The notes under the pieces were generated by a model. The model did no database searches. It saw nothing but the letters and a program-made list of their open reading frames with translations, and had not been told where the DNA came from. From assembly GCF_009914755.1 (NCBI RefSeq), contig NC_060935.1: a stretch of 64,000 nt of DNA. The stretch is one strand, 5' to 3'. The translations under genes and the position numbers were made by a program. This DNA comes from the human T2T-CHM13v2.0 reference genome, Homo sapiens. Position 1 is the first letter of the stretch; every line of letters starts with the position of its first letter. Shown here piece by piece: positions 46,745-64,000 of the stretch.

Positions 46745-46814
46745 GATTAATAGAATTAGCAAACTTCTATTTTATGAATTTTAAGATCAGCTATTAAAGC
46801 TCTATATTCCTTTT

Positions 46815-47165
46815 ACTCAGTAATAAAACTACTGATATGTGAAACAATATGGATAAATCTCAAAATAATTATGCTGAGTGAATGAAGCCAGACATAAAAA
46901 AGTACACACTGTATGATGATTCCATTTGTATACAAAACTTTCTATCTATAGTGGCAGGCAGATCATGGTTGCTTGGGAAGGGAGTAGGGGCCATAAGGGC
47001 ACTTACAAAGGGGGCATGAGGAAAGTTTTGAGGGCAATGCATATATTCACTATCTTGATTGTTGGTGATGGTTTCATGGGTGCATACATATGTCAAAACT
47101 TATGAATGGAACATTTTAAATATGTGCAGCTTACTATACATCCTTTATATGTCAATAAGTCTATT
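46815..47165 (+). mobile_element. L1M (MC/MD/ME) 3' UTR
   Basis: GGATAAATCTCAAAATAATTATGCTGAGTGAA...GATTCCATTT. Confidence 0.8.
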
Positions 47166-47241
47166 TTTTAAGAATCAAATTTTTAAAAGTTAAAGATGAT
47201 GCATTTCTTCATTTGTCAGCTTTAGCCAAAATAAACATTTT

Positions 47242-47558
47242 AGCTGGGTACAATGGCTCACACCTGTAATCCCAGTGCTTTGGGAGGCCGAGGTGAGAGG
47301 ATCGCTTGAGGCTGGGAGTTCAAGACCAGCCTGGGTAACATAGCAAGACCTCATCTCTACAAAAAATATTTTTAAAAAATTAGTCAAGCATGGTGGCACT
47401 CACCTGAGGTCTCAACTATGCGGGAGGCTGAGGCAGGAGGCTCACTTGAGCCCAGGAGTTGGGGGCTGCAGTGAGCTATGATCATGCTGCTGCACTCCAG
47501 CCTGGACGACAGAGAGACCCTGTCTCAAAAAAAAAAAAGAAAAGAAAAAAGAAAAAAA
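47242..47558 (+). mobile_element. AluJ
   Basis: Alu dimer. Confidence 0.93.
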
Positions 47559-48054
47559 TTTCAAAAAATGTTAACTTCTAATTGTTATATATGAGAGGGA
47601 AAAAACAATAAAAGAGAGTGTATAAATATATGACATATATATGTATATGTATCGTGTGTGTGTGTGTCTGTGTGTCTGTATACACATACAATTATGTGTC
47701 TTCTAATAAGGCCTTACCCTCTAATTATTGAAACACAGAAATCAGATAGGCAAGATTTAAAACATTCCACAAAGGAACAAAACGTTAAAGCATAAGACGC
47801 CATGTATTTCTAATTTATATATGATTTGAGATACTTAAACTTCAAAAATTTAAGTAGTAATACTGTCCTTTGTTTAGGTTTTGTGCAACTAGTACTTGAG
47901 ATGTTTTTAGTTTCCTTTGGATGCTTTGCCTACAACTAAAGTATGCTGTCACCAGTGGGCAATTATGTAATTATGTCTCAGTTATAGCCACACAGTATAA
48001 ATGGCAGATCTCCCACCTCAAGTGCGGTTAACTGAGAAGAAGTGGCAGAAATGA

Positions 48055-48689
<635 letters not shown>

Positions 48690-49166
48690 AAGCACTCAAC
48701 TTTTTAAAAGACTAAATAAATAACTGCGATGATGTTTATCAATACTGATTATGTCCATTTGTTTCCATTTTAAATGTGGTAAGAATTCTAGAAATCAATA
48801 TAGACGTATTCTTTTCTTGCAAATGCCTAATTGTTACATCTTTTAGTTATCTGTTTTTAAGAAGCAAGCACTGCAGCTCAAACAGAGGGCATGAGAAAAG
48901 TGTGTCAGAGAAGCTAAAAACAAAAGTCCCTTGTTCTGGAGAAATCTGTGGATTTGAAATAAGTAGCAGAAGATGAGCTTAATTTATGTAATAGCATATA
49001 CACATTCTTAATTAAAAATTCAAAATGTTTTCTGTTTTCGGGACACTAAACTGGTGTGCAACAAGGTTAAGGCCATATGCCATCAGGGTTTGCTGTCTAA
49101 CAGCTGAAGTTGACTTTAAGTTCTAAAGTTGACTTTTCTTGTTTTACAGGCAGACAGGCAGTGAGG

Positions 49167-49480
49167 TTTTTTTTGTTTTTTGTTTTTGTTTTTGTTTTTT
49201 TCTGGAGACCAAGTCTCACTCTATCACCCAGGCAGGAGTACAGTGGTGGATCTCAGCTCACCTCAACCTTCCTAGGTTCAAGCAATTCTCGTGCCTCAGC
49301 CTCCCAAGTAACTGGAATTATAGACATGTACCACCATGCCCAGCTAATTGTTGTATTTTTAGTAGAGATAGGGTTTTGCCATGTTGGCCAGGCTGGACTC
49401 AAACTCCTGGCCTCAAGTGATCCGCCTGCCTTGGCCTCCCAAAGTGCTGGGATTACAGGTGTGAGCCACCATGCCCAGCC
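49167..49480 (-). mobile_element. AluS
   Basis: TSD CAGGCAGTGAG. Confidence 0.92.
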
Positions 49481-49739
49481 TCAGGCAGTGAGTTTTCAAA
49501 GCTGAGTTTCATGCACATGGTGACTCAACTTTTGTGGGGAGGCATTGACAATTCCAGCTGTATTCAAATTCATTAAAGAGCCCCTTCATTCGGGAGTAGT
49601 TTGAAAACTTAAAACTCTGAGGCTCAGTGACCATCCCTGTCTCATCTTCTTGTCATTATATGAATAGCAGTGGAGAATGAGATCAGAACACCAGCAAGGG
49701 AAAAAAAGTGTGCTAGAGTAAGGCTAAGGATGAGAAAAC

Positions 49740-50347
49740 ATGAAATTATGCTATTTGGGATGGTGGGTGGGAACTCCTGGGCTGGGGACGAGGATGAAGT
49801 GTTTTTGGTGGGCATTTCCTCTCCTGGTAATAACCCCAGTTTTGTTTTGAGGGAAGCATCCTTCCCCCTGGTCAGCCATGTGGTTTAGGTGCAACTGGCC
49901 CCTACTCTCATCCTAGGATGGCTTGTAATTGGCTTAAGCCAGTCACTATGCACTGGTCTTTCCAAAATAAGCAAACAATGCAATCTAAGACAACTCAATG
50001 GAAGGAGATATTGGGACCTCTGAGGGGGTAAGAGTTCCACAAGACACTCTCTTTCCTGAAGAGTGGCTATAAGGACTAGAGGTATGACCTGGTTGGCAGC
50101 CATTTTATTACCAAGAGTGGGGTGCCTGGGGCTGCCAGGAATCCACTTTGTGGAGAATAAAACCAGTAGAGCAGAGAGCAGAGAAAAAATATGGAGAGAA
50201 ACAAGTCCTTAGTTGAAATGAGTTGAGCTGTTGGATCAAATTATACATAAAGTCAGATTTCACCGTACTTTCAGTTAAATAAACCCATTATTCCCCTCTT
50301 TTTTAAAATGAATTTTCTATATCTTGAAATACAAGGAGTCCTAACTA
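49740..50347 (+). mobile_element. Old MLT1 (K/L-type) MaLR LTR
   Basis: GGCTTAAGCCAGTCA...GAGCTGTTGGATCAA...GAGTCCTAACTAAT. Confidence 0.6.
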
Positions 50348-50752
50348 ATCCGTGATCATTTTACAAGAGTTGTGGACAGTGCTAAATATGGCCCAAGATA
50401 AAAATAGTTAAAATGGTAAATTTCACCACAATTTGGAAAAACTCAGTAATGTCTGGCAGTAAAGAAAAAAAAGATGCCTGAGTTTATGAGTCTGGAGCTT
50501 CTGAGTATCCATAAGGTACCTAAAAAGGTCACACAGTTATTCAAAACCCACCTTTGCCATAGGCCTCCAGGAAGACGTTTTCTGCAGGTCTATATAAGCA
50601 TTCTACCATGATGGCAGTGTCTTCCCTTTTTTTAATTATTTCTGGACCATTTGGGCTCCATTTTAAAAAAAGAGAGAGATCTAACTCTCAATTGGGTGCT
50701 TATTCTGTACCAGGTACTTTGCTGAGTAATTTCTGTGTATCATCTAATTTTC

Positions 50753-51138
<386 letters not shown>

Positions 51139-51968
51139 TGAGAATTAGAGGAGTTAAGAAACTTGCCCGTGCTTACACAGCAAGAGACAGGGCTAGGACT
51201 TAAACTCTTTCAGGGCCATGCTGAAAGTCAGTTATCAGTGAAGGAAGCCAGAGAGGCTGGTCCAAAGTCTCTGAGGCATAGAGAAGCTCTAGCCAATGTT
51301 TCCTCCTCTCCAGGCAACGAAAACAGAAAAACAGATACTGGTTAGCAGCACACTTACTTCCGCGTCAATTATATTGAAACCCCAGGATCATTTATTTCTG
51401 ATTAGAAATTTCCCAACAAATTCTGCTTTGGGGAGGAAAAGATCTGAAATTTCTTCTGCTTTTGTTCCTTTTGAACTGTCACTGTATGTGCTGGACTGTG
51501 ATCAGCTGTGGGGAGAGAATACAGGGTGGGAGAGGCCAAGAGCTGGTAAAGGAGACAGAGAGAGACTTGAGGGATCCTGAATGACCTATAAAACCTGTGG
51601 GTTTACAGAGGTGAATCTGAGATGTGGCATGGGCTGGGCTCCAAGGAGATGAACTGGAGATGCCCAAATCATAAATTGGGCATTATGTAGCAGAGAATGG
51701 GTAAAGACTGCTGTCCAGATCTCCAAAGCTGCCAGGAATGCACTGTCAGAATGTCCAGGCTGGGATCCATCTCCAAACCGGGAAAAAGAACAAGGAGGAT
51801 CTGTTGGAATTCTGGCAACCCTGGGCACAAGGGAATGTTATTAGCACCTAATATTTGAATGATCATTTGGTGTCAGGCACCATGCAAGCTTTATTTGCAT
51901 TGTCTCATGTAATCATCCTCCATGAGTTAGGTATAGGTGAGAAAGGTGAAGTTTAAAAAGACAGTTAA

Positions 51969-52291
<323 letters not shown>

Positions 52292-52510
52292 CTAGGCTGG
52301 CTAACTAAAGACACATGGTTATTGATATAGTCGCCCTAGGTAAGGAACTGAGATAAGACCTTGAGGCTAGGAATAGCATCTTGCCTTGTTGGTCCAGGGA
52401 CAGAAACTTGAGACTATTCTGGTTTTAAGCTGATCAGAGTAAGTCAGACTCTGGAGGTCCTAATAATTGCAAGAGCAGAGAGCAGAATTGATTCTCTGAG
52501 TTGCCGTAAC

Positions 52511-52822
<312 letters not shown>

Positions 52823-52939
52823 TGAGTTGCCATAACTTTCATAACATGGTCAGAAAGGAAATGCTGAGTTGTGTCATAGCCAATTATCATAAATAATAAT
52901 GGCTTTGAAAATTTTCCATCTCTTGCATCATATGCAGAC

Positions 52940-53180
52940 ACATTTATTCGACAAACATTTACTGATTTCCTACTTGTGTTGGGCACTATTCTAGGAGCTT
53001 GGAGTATAAAAATAAACAGGACACAGTCCTTGTCTTCAAGGAGCTTTTAGTCTATTGGAAAAAATAAAATACTGTGTGCTAACTGCTAAAATAGAGATCT
53101 GTGAAAAACTCTGCCAAAGAAGCTTCGCAAAGATAATACTGGAGTTGGATCTTGAAGGTAAGTGGGGATTCTTTAAGAAC
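52940..53180 (-). mobile_element. L2 3' fragment
   Basis: CAAACATTTACTGA...GGCACTATTCTAGG...CCTTGTCTTCAAGGAGCTT. Confidence 0.75.
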
Positions 53181-53188
53181 ATTACAGG

Positions 53189-53488
<300 letters not shown>

Positions 53489-53841
53489 GAAGAACATTAC
53501 AGGAAGGACAGATTCTGGGCAGAAGAACTGGGGTCTATGAGAATGGGCAAGAACACAGTCTGTTCTGTAGAATAGCACCACAGTCTCTGAAGCTAAAATA
53601 TAGGGTATATCAAGAAGGACTTTGTGGGAGGGGGAGCAAAATGGAGGAGGTAAAACTCCAGGACAATTCAGATGTCAAAAGGAAATTAAAATGCATGGCA
53701 TTTGTTTATCTTTTTTGAGTTGACTGAGAAATAAGAGAGTAGGGTATAAGTTGTGATTTTTACCAAGGTATATCAGTCTGGGTGTAATCAGGAGAGGGAA
53801 ACCAAATAGGAATTACGGCAGAGAAAGCCTAATAGAAATAT

Positions 53842-54151
53842 GGCCAGGTGCGGTGACTAACACCTGTAATTCCAGCACTTTGGGAGGCCAAGGCGGGCGG
53901 ATCACCTGAGGTCGGGGTTCAAGACCAGCCTGGCCAACGTGGCGAAACCTGTCTCTACTAAAAATACTAAAAAAAAAAAAAATTAGCCAGGTGTGGTGGC
54001 ACGCATCTATAGTCCCAGCTACTCTGGAGGCTGAGGCAGGAGAATCGCTTGAACCCAGGAGGGCAGAGGTTGCAGTAAGCTGAGATCATGCCACTGCATT
54101 CCAGCTGGGGCGACAGAATGAGACTCCCCCTCAAAAAAAAAAAAAAAAAAA
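53842..54151 (+). mobile_element. AluS
   Basis: Alu dimer. Confidence 0.93.
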
Positions 54152-54340
54152 GTCGGGTGCAGTGGCTCACACCTGTAATCCCAGCATTTTGGGAGGCCGA
54201 GGTGGGCAGATCACCTGAGGTCAGGAGCTCAAGACCAGCCTGGCCAACATGGTGAGACCCTATCTCTACTAAAAATACAAAATTAGCCAGGTGTGGTAGT
54301 ACATGCCTGTAATCCCAGCTACTCAGGAGGCTGAGGCAGG
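54152..54340 (+). mobile_element. AluS, 3'-truncated
   Basis: Ends at GGCAGG. Confidence 0.9.
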
Positions 54341-54797
54341 ACAGGAGATTGGAGTAATGACGGATGCATTAGTAAAAAGAGAAATCTAAAGAATATAGGA
54401 AATATGCACATATATATATGCAGGTCTAATATATAACAGTACATCTAATAGCCATTCCCCATAGCCCCCAAAGTTGAGATCCAGGTCTTATTGGAGAGGG
54501 CTTGGCCATGGCTTATTAGATGGCTTAGAAGTCCATCATGGTGCTATATTAGTAAAGCATGCTGGAAATCTGCTCCCTCGAGTGCATGCCACTATAGAAG
54601 CACTGAGGAGGATACCAGGGGAACCTGGCTGCTGAGCTGCCATGCACTTCAAGGGTAGGACACTAGAGAAGCACCTCATGCAATAGGAGCTGGCCACCAG
54701 GGAAGTGACGTGTGCTGCCCAAGGGGCCTAGTATTAGAGGAAGCTACACAGTAACTCAAGCATGCTGCAGGAACCAAGAAATAAAATCCTTCTTTCT

Positions 54798-55050
54798 GGC
54801 CAGGCACGGTGGCTCACTCCTGTAATCCCAGCACTTTGGGAGGCCGAGGCGGGTGGATCACGAGGTCAGGAGATCGAGACCATCCTGGCTAACGTGGTGA
54901 AACCCCGTCTCTACTAAAAATACAAAAAAAAATTAGCCGGGCCTGGTGGCGGGCGCCTGTAGTCCCAGCTACTAGGGAGGCAGGAGAATGGCGTGACTCC
55001 GGGAGGCAGAGCTTCCAGCCTGGGTGACTCCGTCTCAAAAAAAAAAAAAA
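54798..55050 (+). mobile_element. AluY with three right-arm deletions
   Basis: AluY left arm intact; TSD AAAATCCTT. Confidence 0.92.
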
Positions 55051-55569
55051 ATCCTTTTTTCCTGCAATGTCTCTCCAGCTCCCTCTATGACAAACTTCAG
55101 TGTCAGCTGGCAAAGGACAAATATTTAAAGGCCCAGGCCTATTTTCACAGAACAGGCAAAAAGGTTGAATTTGGAGCTGTGAGGCATTAAATCTGTAACT
55201 GGCACACAAGAACTGGTAAAAATATTTTTGACTGGTATTTCCTGGGAAAATTATACCCAAACTAAATTCACATTTTTGAAGTGCTGTATTTGATAAAATC
55301 TGTGCAAATTCAGTGCCAGGTGGAGAAAAATAAAATAAAATAAATAATAAAATCATATACTGGGTAAAAATCTGACAAATGGTTCATGATCCTGGAAAAT
55401 TTGCACCAGGACATCCCATTTACTAATATTACCTTTCTGTTATTGATATTGGTGAAAGTTATATGATCTTATATTTGTCACTAAAAGTGCTATGATGTGC
55501 ATTATTTTTAAATGGCAGTTAAGAGCAAATGCTTTATACTTTCTTTCTGTATATACAAAGAAAAAAAAA

Positions 55570-55750
55570 GCAAGAGCTTTGGAGCTGACAAACCTCATTT
55601 GAATCTGGGCATGGCCACTTACTAACTGTATGACCTCAGGTAAATTACTTGATTGATTTCCTCATCTGTAAAATTAATATACCTACTTCGTGGGATTGTG
55701 ATGAAAATTTACTGAGATATGTTTAAATTTCTTAACCCAATGCACATAAA
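55570..55750 (+). mobile_element. MIR
   Basis: TTTCCTCATCTGTAAAAT. Confidence 0.8.
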
Positions 55751-56440
55751 TATTATCAAACTGTTGATAATAGCAGCTCAAAGGATGATAGCTACTGTAA
55801 AAATATTTAAAGATAACTTACCATGTGCCATGAATAACGATGGCCTTAAAATATTATTTATTCACTCAATACCATATTTTCAATCTTTATTAGTTAAATC
55901 ATGGAATTTGAGGAAGAAATTGGTTACAAATGTCACAGAGTTGTGACAATTAGATGGCAATTAAAGTGCATTGCTCCTTTCTATGTACTTCTGAAATGCC
56001 TTATTTGTGTGCCTATTATAGCCCTTATTATAATATTATAGCACCTATAGCACTTATTTCATTCTGTCTTGTATCACAGTATTATAGCAGATGGTCTTCA
56101 CTAGACTGATTTCTTCATAAGCAAGATTGTTTAGTCATTTTTCTTTCCCACCAGATTTTTTAAAATTATGTATTTTGCATATAATAGACACTCAGATATT
56201 TGCCAAGATTTAATTTTATTTTATCACTAGGTTTTCCATTAGTATTGCAATTCTTGAAACTCTTAGCAAACTCCTTATGAAGCTTTAGAGCTCAAAGGGA
56301 CTGAAAATTTTAAGAATCTTATTTTACAGAAGAGGATCCTGAGAGCAGAGTGAGTTACCTGCCTAGGCTCATGCAGCTAGTTTAAGGACAGGCCCAGAAC
56401 TAGAACTTAACATTTCATTTATGTATTAATAATTTGTCAC

Positions 56441-56730
<290 letters not shown>

Positions 56731-57553
56731 GTAATTTGTCACATATTGAGTAAGGCACAATGCTGAGCTCTAGAGTTAAATTAAGCATATGCCTTTGCTT
56801 TCAAAGAGCTGATAATATATTTAGGAGGCAAATAAGGATAATCCAATGAATTCAAAGCAATGGGATGAATGCATTACAGGAAAATATGGGCTGGGTATGA
56901 GCTGGTGCTCTCCAGCACAGCTGCATGATGGTCCAGATGCTGAAACATGTCCATACTGTTGATCAAGAGCCACCTTCCCTACCTCCCTTTCCCAGATATC
57001 TTCATGATCTAGAGACTGAAGAGCTGAAGCATGAATGCCCAGGGCTCTGTTTTAGTTCTTGGAACCAGGCTGTATTCCAACTGGACATACTTAAAGCAGA
57101 ACTAATTTTTCAATATCTTTAAATATTTCGAATATCACCTCTGGTGATACGCAGAGAGTTAGATTAGATGAAGTATGTATAGCAAGGATAGAGACCTAAT
57201 TCAGAACAAAAGTTTAAAACAAAAACCTTCAATAACTGGAAAAAGACTTTCTTTTTCTATTATAAAATCTTATAGAAAATTTGAAAAATACCAATATAGT
57301 TATGTAAGATGTTACCATGAGATAAACTGAGTAAAGGGTACATGGGAAACAAACAAACAATAAAGAATACAAGGGATCTCTCTGTACTATTTTTGCAATT
57401 TCCTGTGACTCTTTAATAATTTCAAAATAAATAATGTTTTACAGTGTGAAGGAAGCCTATCTATCTACTTGGTGTTGTTAATTACAAAGGTATACACACT
57501 ATACCACTGCAAATGGAATTCTATTGGTGCTTTATTGAAATAAAACAATTTTA

Positions 57554-57852
57554 GGCCAGGTGTGGTGGTTCACACCTGTAATCCCAGCACTTTGGGAGGC
57601 CGAAATGGGCGGATCACCTGAGGTCAGGAGTTAGAGACCAGCCTGGCCAACATGGTGAAACCCTGTCTCTACTAAAACTACAAAAATTAGCCGGGCATGG
57701 TGGCAGGTGCCTGTGATGCCAACTACTCAGGAAGCTGAGGCAGGAGAATCACTTGAACCTGGGAGGCAGATGTTGCAGTGAGCCAAGATCGCACCCATTG
57801 CACTCCAGCCTGGGCAACAAGAGCGAGACTTCGTCTCAAAAAAAAAAAAAAA
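57554..57852 (+). mobile_element. AluSq-like
   Basis: Alu dimer. Confidence 0.93.
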
Positions 57853-58497
57853 GCTAATAATAAAAAAGCATAAGTCTTAAAAGGATGGAAATATTCCATT
57901 TCACTAGTTTGGAGTATAACATAGGTCATATCTCGTCATAGTCAGGACTTGGACTTGCAGGAAGTCTTTTTGTCCTGAGGTTCTTAGAATCTCACAGGTG
58001 CCCATTCTCGGTGATGTCTGTTGGGCCTGTTGCACGTCATTACCCCTGAAACCCAGCTACCTAGTCAGTCCTAGGAACTAGTGATTCACTGCTGCCATCA
58101 CCACATCCCTCAGCAATGACCTGTGGGGGTAACTGGTCAGAAAAACATCTAGCATTCACCCCTTGCTCAACATAGAAGTGTTTGCCCCAAGCAGGAACAG
58201 TTATCACCCTTGAATTCTCATAGAGTTAAACACAGACCTCACCATGCAATGAGGCAATCACGATAGTTTACTGTGCTTCCCTATAGTTGCTAAACGGTCT
58301 AATCTAAATCACTAAAATTTAAGAAAGCCATTTCTTCACCTTCTTCAAAGGCGTGCAGGCTGGCTAAAGGAAAGCTCAATTTGCGTTACTGAGCAGAATA
58401 CAAAAATCTCAGTGTGTAGCATGAGCATGCAAACTTAAGGTGAGCTGTACAGCTTTCTTCAAGATTAATGGGTGAATATTACTAGCCTTGTATATAA

Positions 58498-58991
<494 letters not shown>

Positions 58992-59738
58992 TGACTTTTT
59001 ATATTATTCTTAAAGCCTTTCTGGTACCCCACAAAATGGATCACTTGTAAATACAAAATCACAAATAAATGAAATTAAATTTTATATTATATCTTTCCAC
59101 TCTGCTTTTGGCACATGTAAATACACAAATGCACAGATATATTTCACTCTAATCCTACTAAAAAAAATGTGAAAATCATACACTATATATGTGAAATGCT
59201 TCATCTGCCAGAGTAGGGAAGGAGTATTGATAAGAGTAGAGATTAGATGGAAATTAAGTCATAGAATATTCACATTTGAAGGTTTGGTAGCCATTTTCCA
59301 AAGATGACTGAAATAAACTCCTCCTCTTAGTAGCCACACCCTTGTGCAGTCTCTTCCCACAATTAATCTGGGCTGACCCTGCTATTTGCTTTAACCAATA
59401 GAATGCAGTGAAAGTGTGAGGTTGTCTCAGTTCTGAGCCTAAGCCTTGAGAAAGTCTGATGGTTTCTGCATTGCATTGCACATTGAAGATTCTTGAGTCA
59501 CCATGAAAAGAAATCTGATTGCTCTGTTGGAGAGACCACGTGGGGAGAGAGAAGCTCTGAGACTGTAGAGAAAGAGGGCCAGTTCTCCCAACATTCTAGC
59601 TGAATCCAATATCCCAACCATCCTTACTAGGGTGCCAAGCATGTGAGTGAGCCCTATCAGACATTCTAACCTGATTGAGCCTCCAAATGACTACAGTTCC
59701 AGATGACATCACAAGAGGCAGAAAAACCATCCAGCTGA

Positions 59739-59934
<196 letters not shown>

Positions 59935-59960
59935 TGAGATTTCTTAAAAAGTTGTTCTAA

Positions 59961-60265
<305 letters not shown>

Positions 60266-60339
60266 AGTTGTTCTAAGCCATCAAATTTTGTGATAATTTG
60301 TTATGCAACAGTAGATAACCAAAAGAAAAGGCATCATAA

Positions 60340-60840
<501 letters not shown>

Positions 60841-61406
60841 CATTAATTGAATTTTTAAAAATGATCAAACAGGGTAGTTTTGCTTGAAAAGGACTACTCA
60901 CAGTTACTTAGGCTCTAAATTAGTATTCAATTTTTAAAATGTATAAATTAACAAATATTTTTTCTTAAGTTTATGTTTAACTTATAAATCTTGTTTTAGC
61001 TATAAATCAAGTAATGTTCTTTGATATTTAGTTACTTAAAGTTTACCAGATGAAATTTTCCCAAATAACTAGTACCGTTTACAAATGTAGTAATTAAATC
61101 CATTTAAATATTTTGAAATAACTTTGCATAATACCTCCCATCAGCAAGCACTTCAAGTAATTTACAGGACAGACTTACAACTCATACTTGTACAATCTTT
61201 TTAAGCACTTAAGTAGTTCTTATATATGTAACAAATCAAATCCATTAATGTGGTAAATCAGCTTCTCTTGTAAAGAGTTTAATTCTGTTAAAAACTATTT
61301 TACATCCTGCAGCTTAAAATTAGTCTAAAATAAATTGCATATTTCAGGTAAAACAAGCTAATTTGTGAGACTCTCTAATATGCCAGTTCTCTTAAATATT
61401 AGGTAC

Positions 61407-62135
<729 letters not shown>

Positions 62136-62219
62136 ATACTTGAAACAGGAAATATGTATATGATCCCCATGACTGAGAATAACACTAAACTGAATGTATT
62201 GCCTTTGGTTTGATTTACC

Positions 62220-63365
62220 CAGTGGTGTTGAAGAGGCCAATTTGTACTGGCTTGTTAGGATCAATTGTTAAATTTTTAGGAAATTTGCAAGCCAATTGTT
62301 AACTAGAAGTTATTAAAAATTACATTATGTAAACTTGCCATTAAATAAGTTATATTTAAAACAAAGATCACATATATTCAAAATGCATTGCTTTCTAATT
62401 ATTTTACTATTAAATACATTCTGCTAGTACCTATGTTCTTGAGGTTTTTACACCTATTTTATCTGTCACAGTACAAAACTTCATAATAGTGTTCTATGGC
62501 ACATTTCTTCCCAACTGTTCATTCAGTGACATCTCGTTGTTAGCTTACAATTGGCTGTGGTGGGAGTATATTTACACCAGGGAAATCAGCAAACACTACC
62601 AATCAGGGTTTGATTTACTGTCTATTCTTAAGAAAGTGATGTAGAAAATGTAAATAATGTAGTTTAAACTTAAAAGAGTGTAGTGTCTATAACCATTACA
62701 TTGTGAACAGCACATAAAATTGAAGAAATGTTCTTCCAATATTCAAAATATATTATCTCACTCAGTAAAGAAGTCATTCATGTATTGATAAACAAGTGAA
62801 GTTCTGACATCATTATTGCTTCATTTTCTTCTCACTGATTAGTGGTAAGGAAAACATTAACCAACATTCACGCCAGAACTACTCTTGTTTGTCAGTTACA
62901 ACCATGGGTTGGCCATGGACATAAGAGGCAAAAATCAATAAAAGCATTTTGTGATAATCAATTGGCTATATATATAATTCAAAACAAAAAATATTGGATG
63001 GGTGCAGTGGCTCACGCCTGTAATCCCAGTACTTTGGGATGCCTAGGCGGGGGGATCACTTGAGGTCAGGAGTTTGAGACCAGCCTGGCCAACATGGTGA
63101 AACCCCATCTCTACTAAAAGTACAACAAATTAGCTGGGCATGGTGGCGTGCACCTATAATCCCAGCTACTTAGGAGCCTGAGGCACGAGAATCACTTGAA
63201 CCTGGGAGGCAGAGGTTGCAGTGAGCCGAGATTGTGCCATTGCACACCAGCTTGGGGGACAGAGTAAGACTCTGTCTCAAAAAAACAAACAAGCAAAACA
63301 AATAAAAAACAAAATAAAAAGTATTATATATCTTATTTGTAAGTTGTGTATTATTCATTACATTA
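62220..63365 (+). mobile_element. MER63 (hAT-Blackjack) element split by Alu
   Basis: CAGTGGTG...ATTGTTAAATTTTTAGGAAATTTGCAAGCC...TTCTAATTATTTTACTA. Confidence 0.75.
62996..63320 (+). mobile_element. AluS
   Basis: Alu dimer. Confidence 0.93.
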
Positions 63366-63384
63366 AAATGCAAGCTAAATATCA

Positions 63385-64000
63385 TGTATATATATCTATA
63401 TATCAATATATATCTATATATAGATATATATACATACAAGTATATATGTACATGTATACATACATGTATACATGTACATACATACACGTATACATGTACA
63501 TACATATATACATGCACACGTATATATGTACATATATGTATATATACATATATACATGTATATATGTGTATATATACATCTATATATGTATATATACATA
63601 TATACATGTATATATGTGTATATATACATCTATATATCTATATATCTATATATACGTATATACACATGTATATATGTGTATATATACATGTATACACATG
63701 TATATATGTGTATATATACATGTATATATCTATATATACATGTGTATATACGTATAGATATATACGTATATGTATACGTATATATATGTATATATGTATA
63801 TACGTATATATCTATACATATATACGTGTATACACGTATATATACGTATATACACGTATATATGTATAGATATATACGTATATACACGTATATATGTATA
63901 GATATATACGTATATACATATATACGTATATATACATCTATATATAGATATATAGATGTATATATACACATATATACATGTATATATGTATATATACATA
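63385..64000. repeat. Complex (TA/CA/TG)n alternating purine-pyrimidine satellite, runs off window end
   Basis: TATATACATGTATATATGTG-type units over more than 600 bp. Confidence 0.97.

Larger units (their letters stand above)
53769..55206 (-). mobile_element. ERVL LTR (LTR41/LTR52 family) interrupted by three Alus
   Basis: Minus strand starts TGTGCCAGTTAC..ATTTAATGCCTCACAGCTCCAAATTC and ends CCTGATTACACCCAGACTGATA. Confidence 0.7.

Noticed and set aside
63170-63999. Tyr/Ile/His-rich ORFs up to 178 aa
   Set aside because: Artefact of stop-poor (TA/CA)n repeat

Overview
This is hominid (human-like) nuclear genomic DNA, either intergenic or deep intronic, and dominated by transposable elements. 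I counted about 67 Alu/FLAM/FAM copies by eye. There is one full-length SVA with a 16-bp TSD (22676-24137), a solo LTR12C/ERV9 with a 4-bp TSD (27037-28695), several MaLR/ERV solo LTRs (THE1D, MSTA-like, MLT1, MER31, LTR41/52-like), L1/L2/MIR/CR1 fragments, DNA-transposon MITEs (MADE1, MER5, MER30, MER47A, MER63) and simple repeats. I find no supportable protein-coding gene, functional RNA gene or CRISPR array; the ORF track is mostly Alu, SVA, LTR or microsatellite read-through. I do not see a new gene system. The best second-look items are fossils of genome dynamics and candidate regulation: (i) two very old RTE-clade LINE relics with still-legible ORF2 motifs, plus a tRNA-Ile-derived MamSINE1; (ii) a 660-bp Alu-Alu recombination duplication with a chimeric junction Alu; (iii) a 425-bp foreign insert with TSD inside MER31; (iv) several templated or fold-back micro-rearrangements; (v) a possible LTR12C-driven spliced non-coding transcript using a 78-nt exon. 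Subfamily names come from remembered consensus features, and element boundaries without a stated TSD are approximate.
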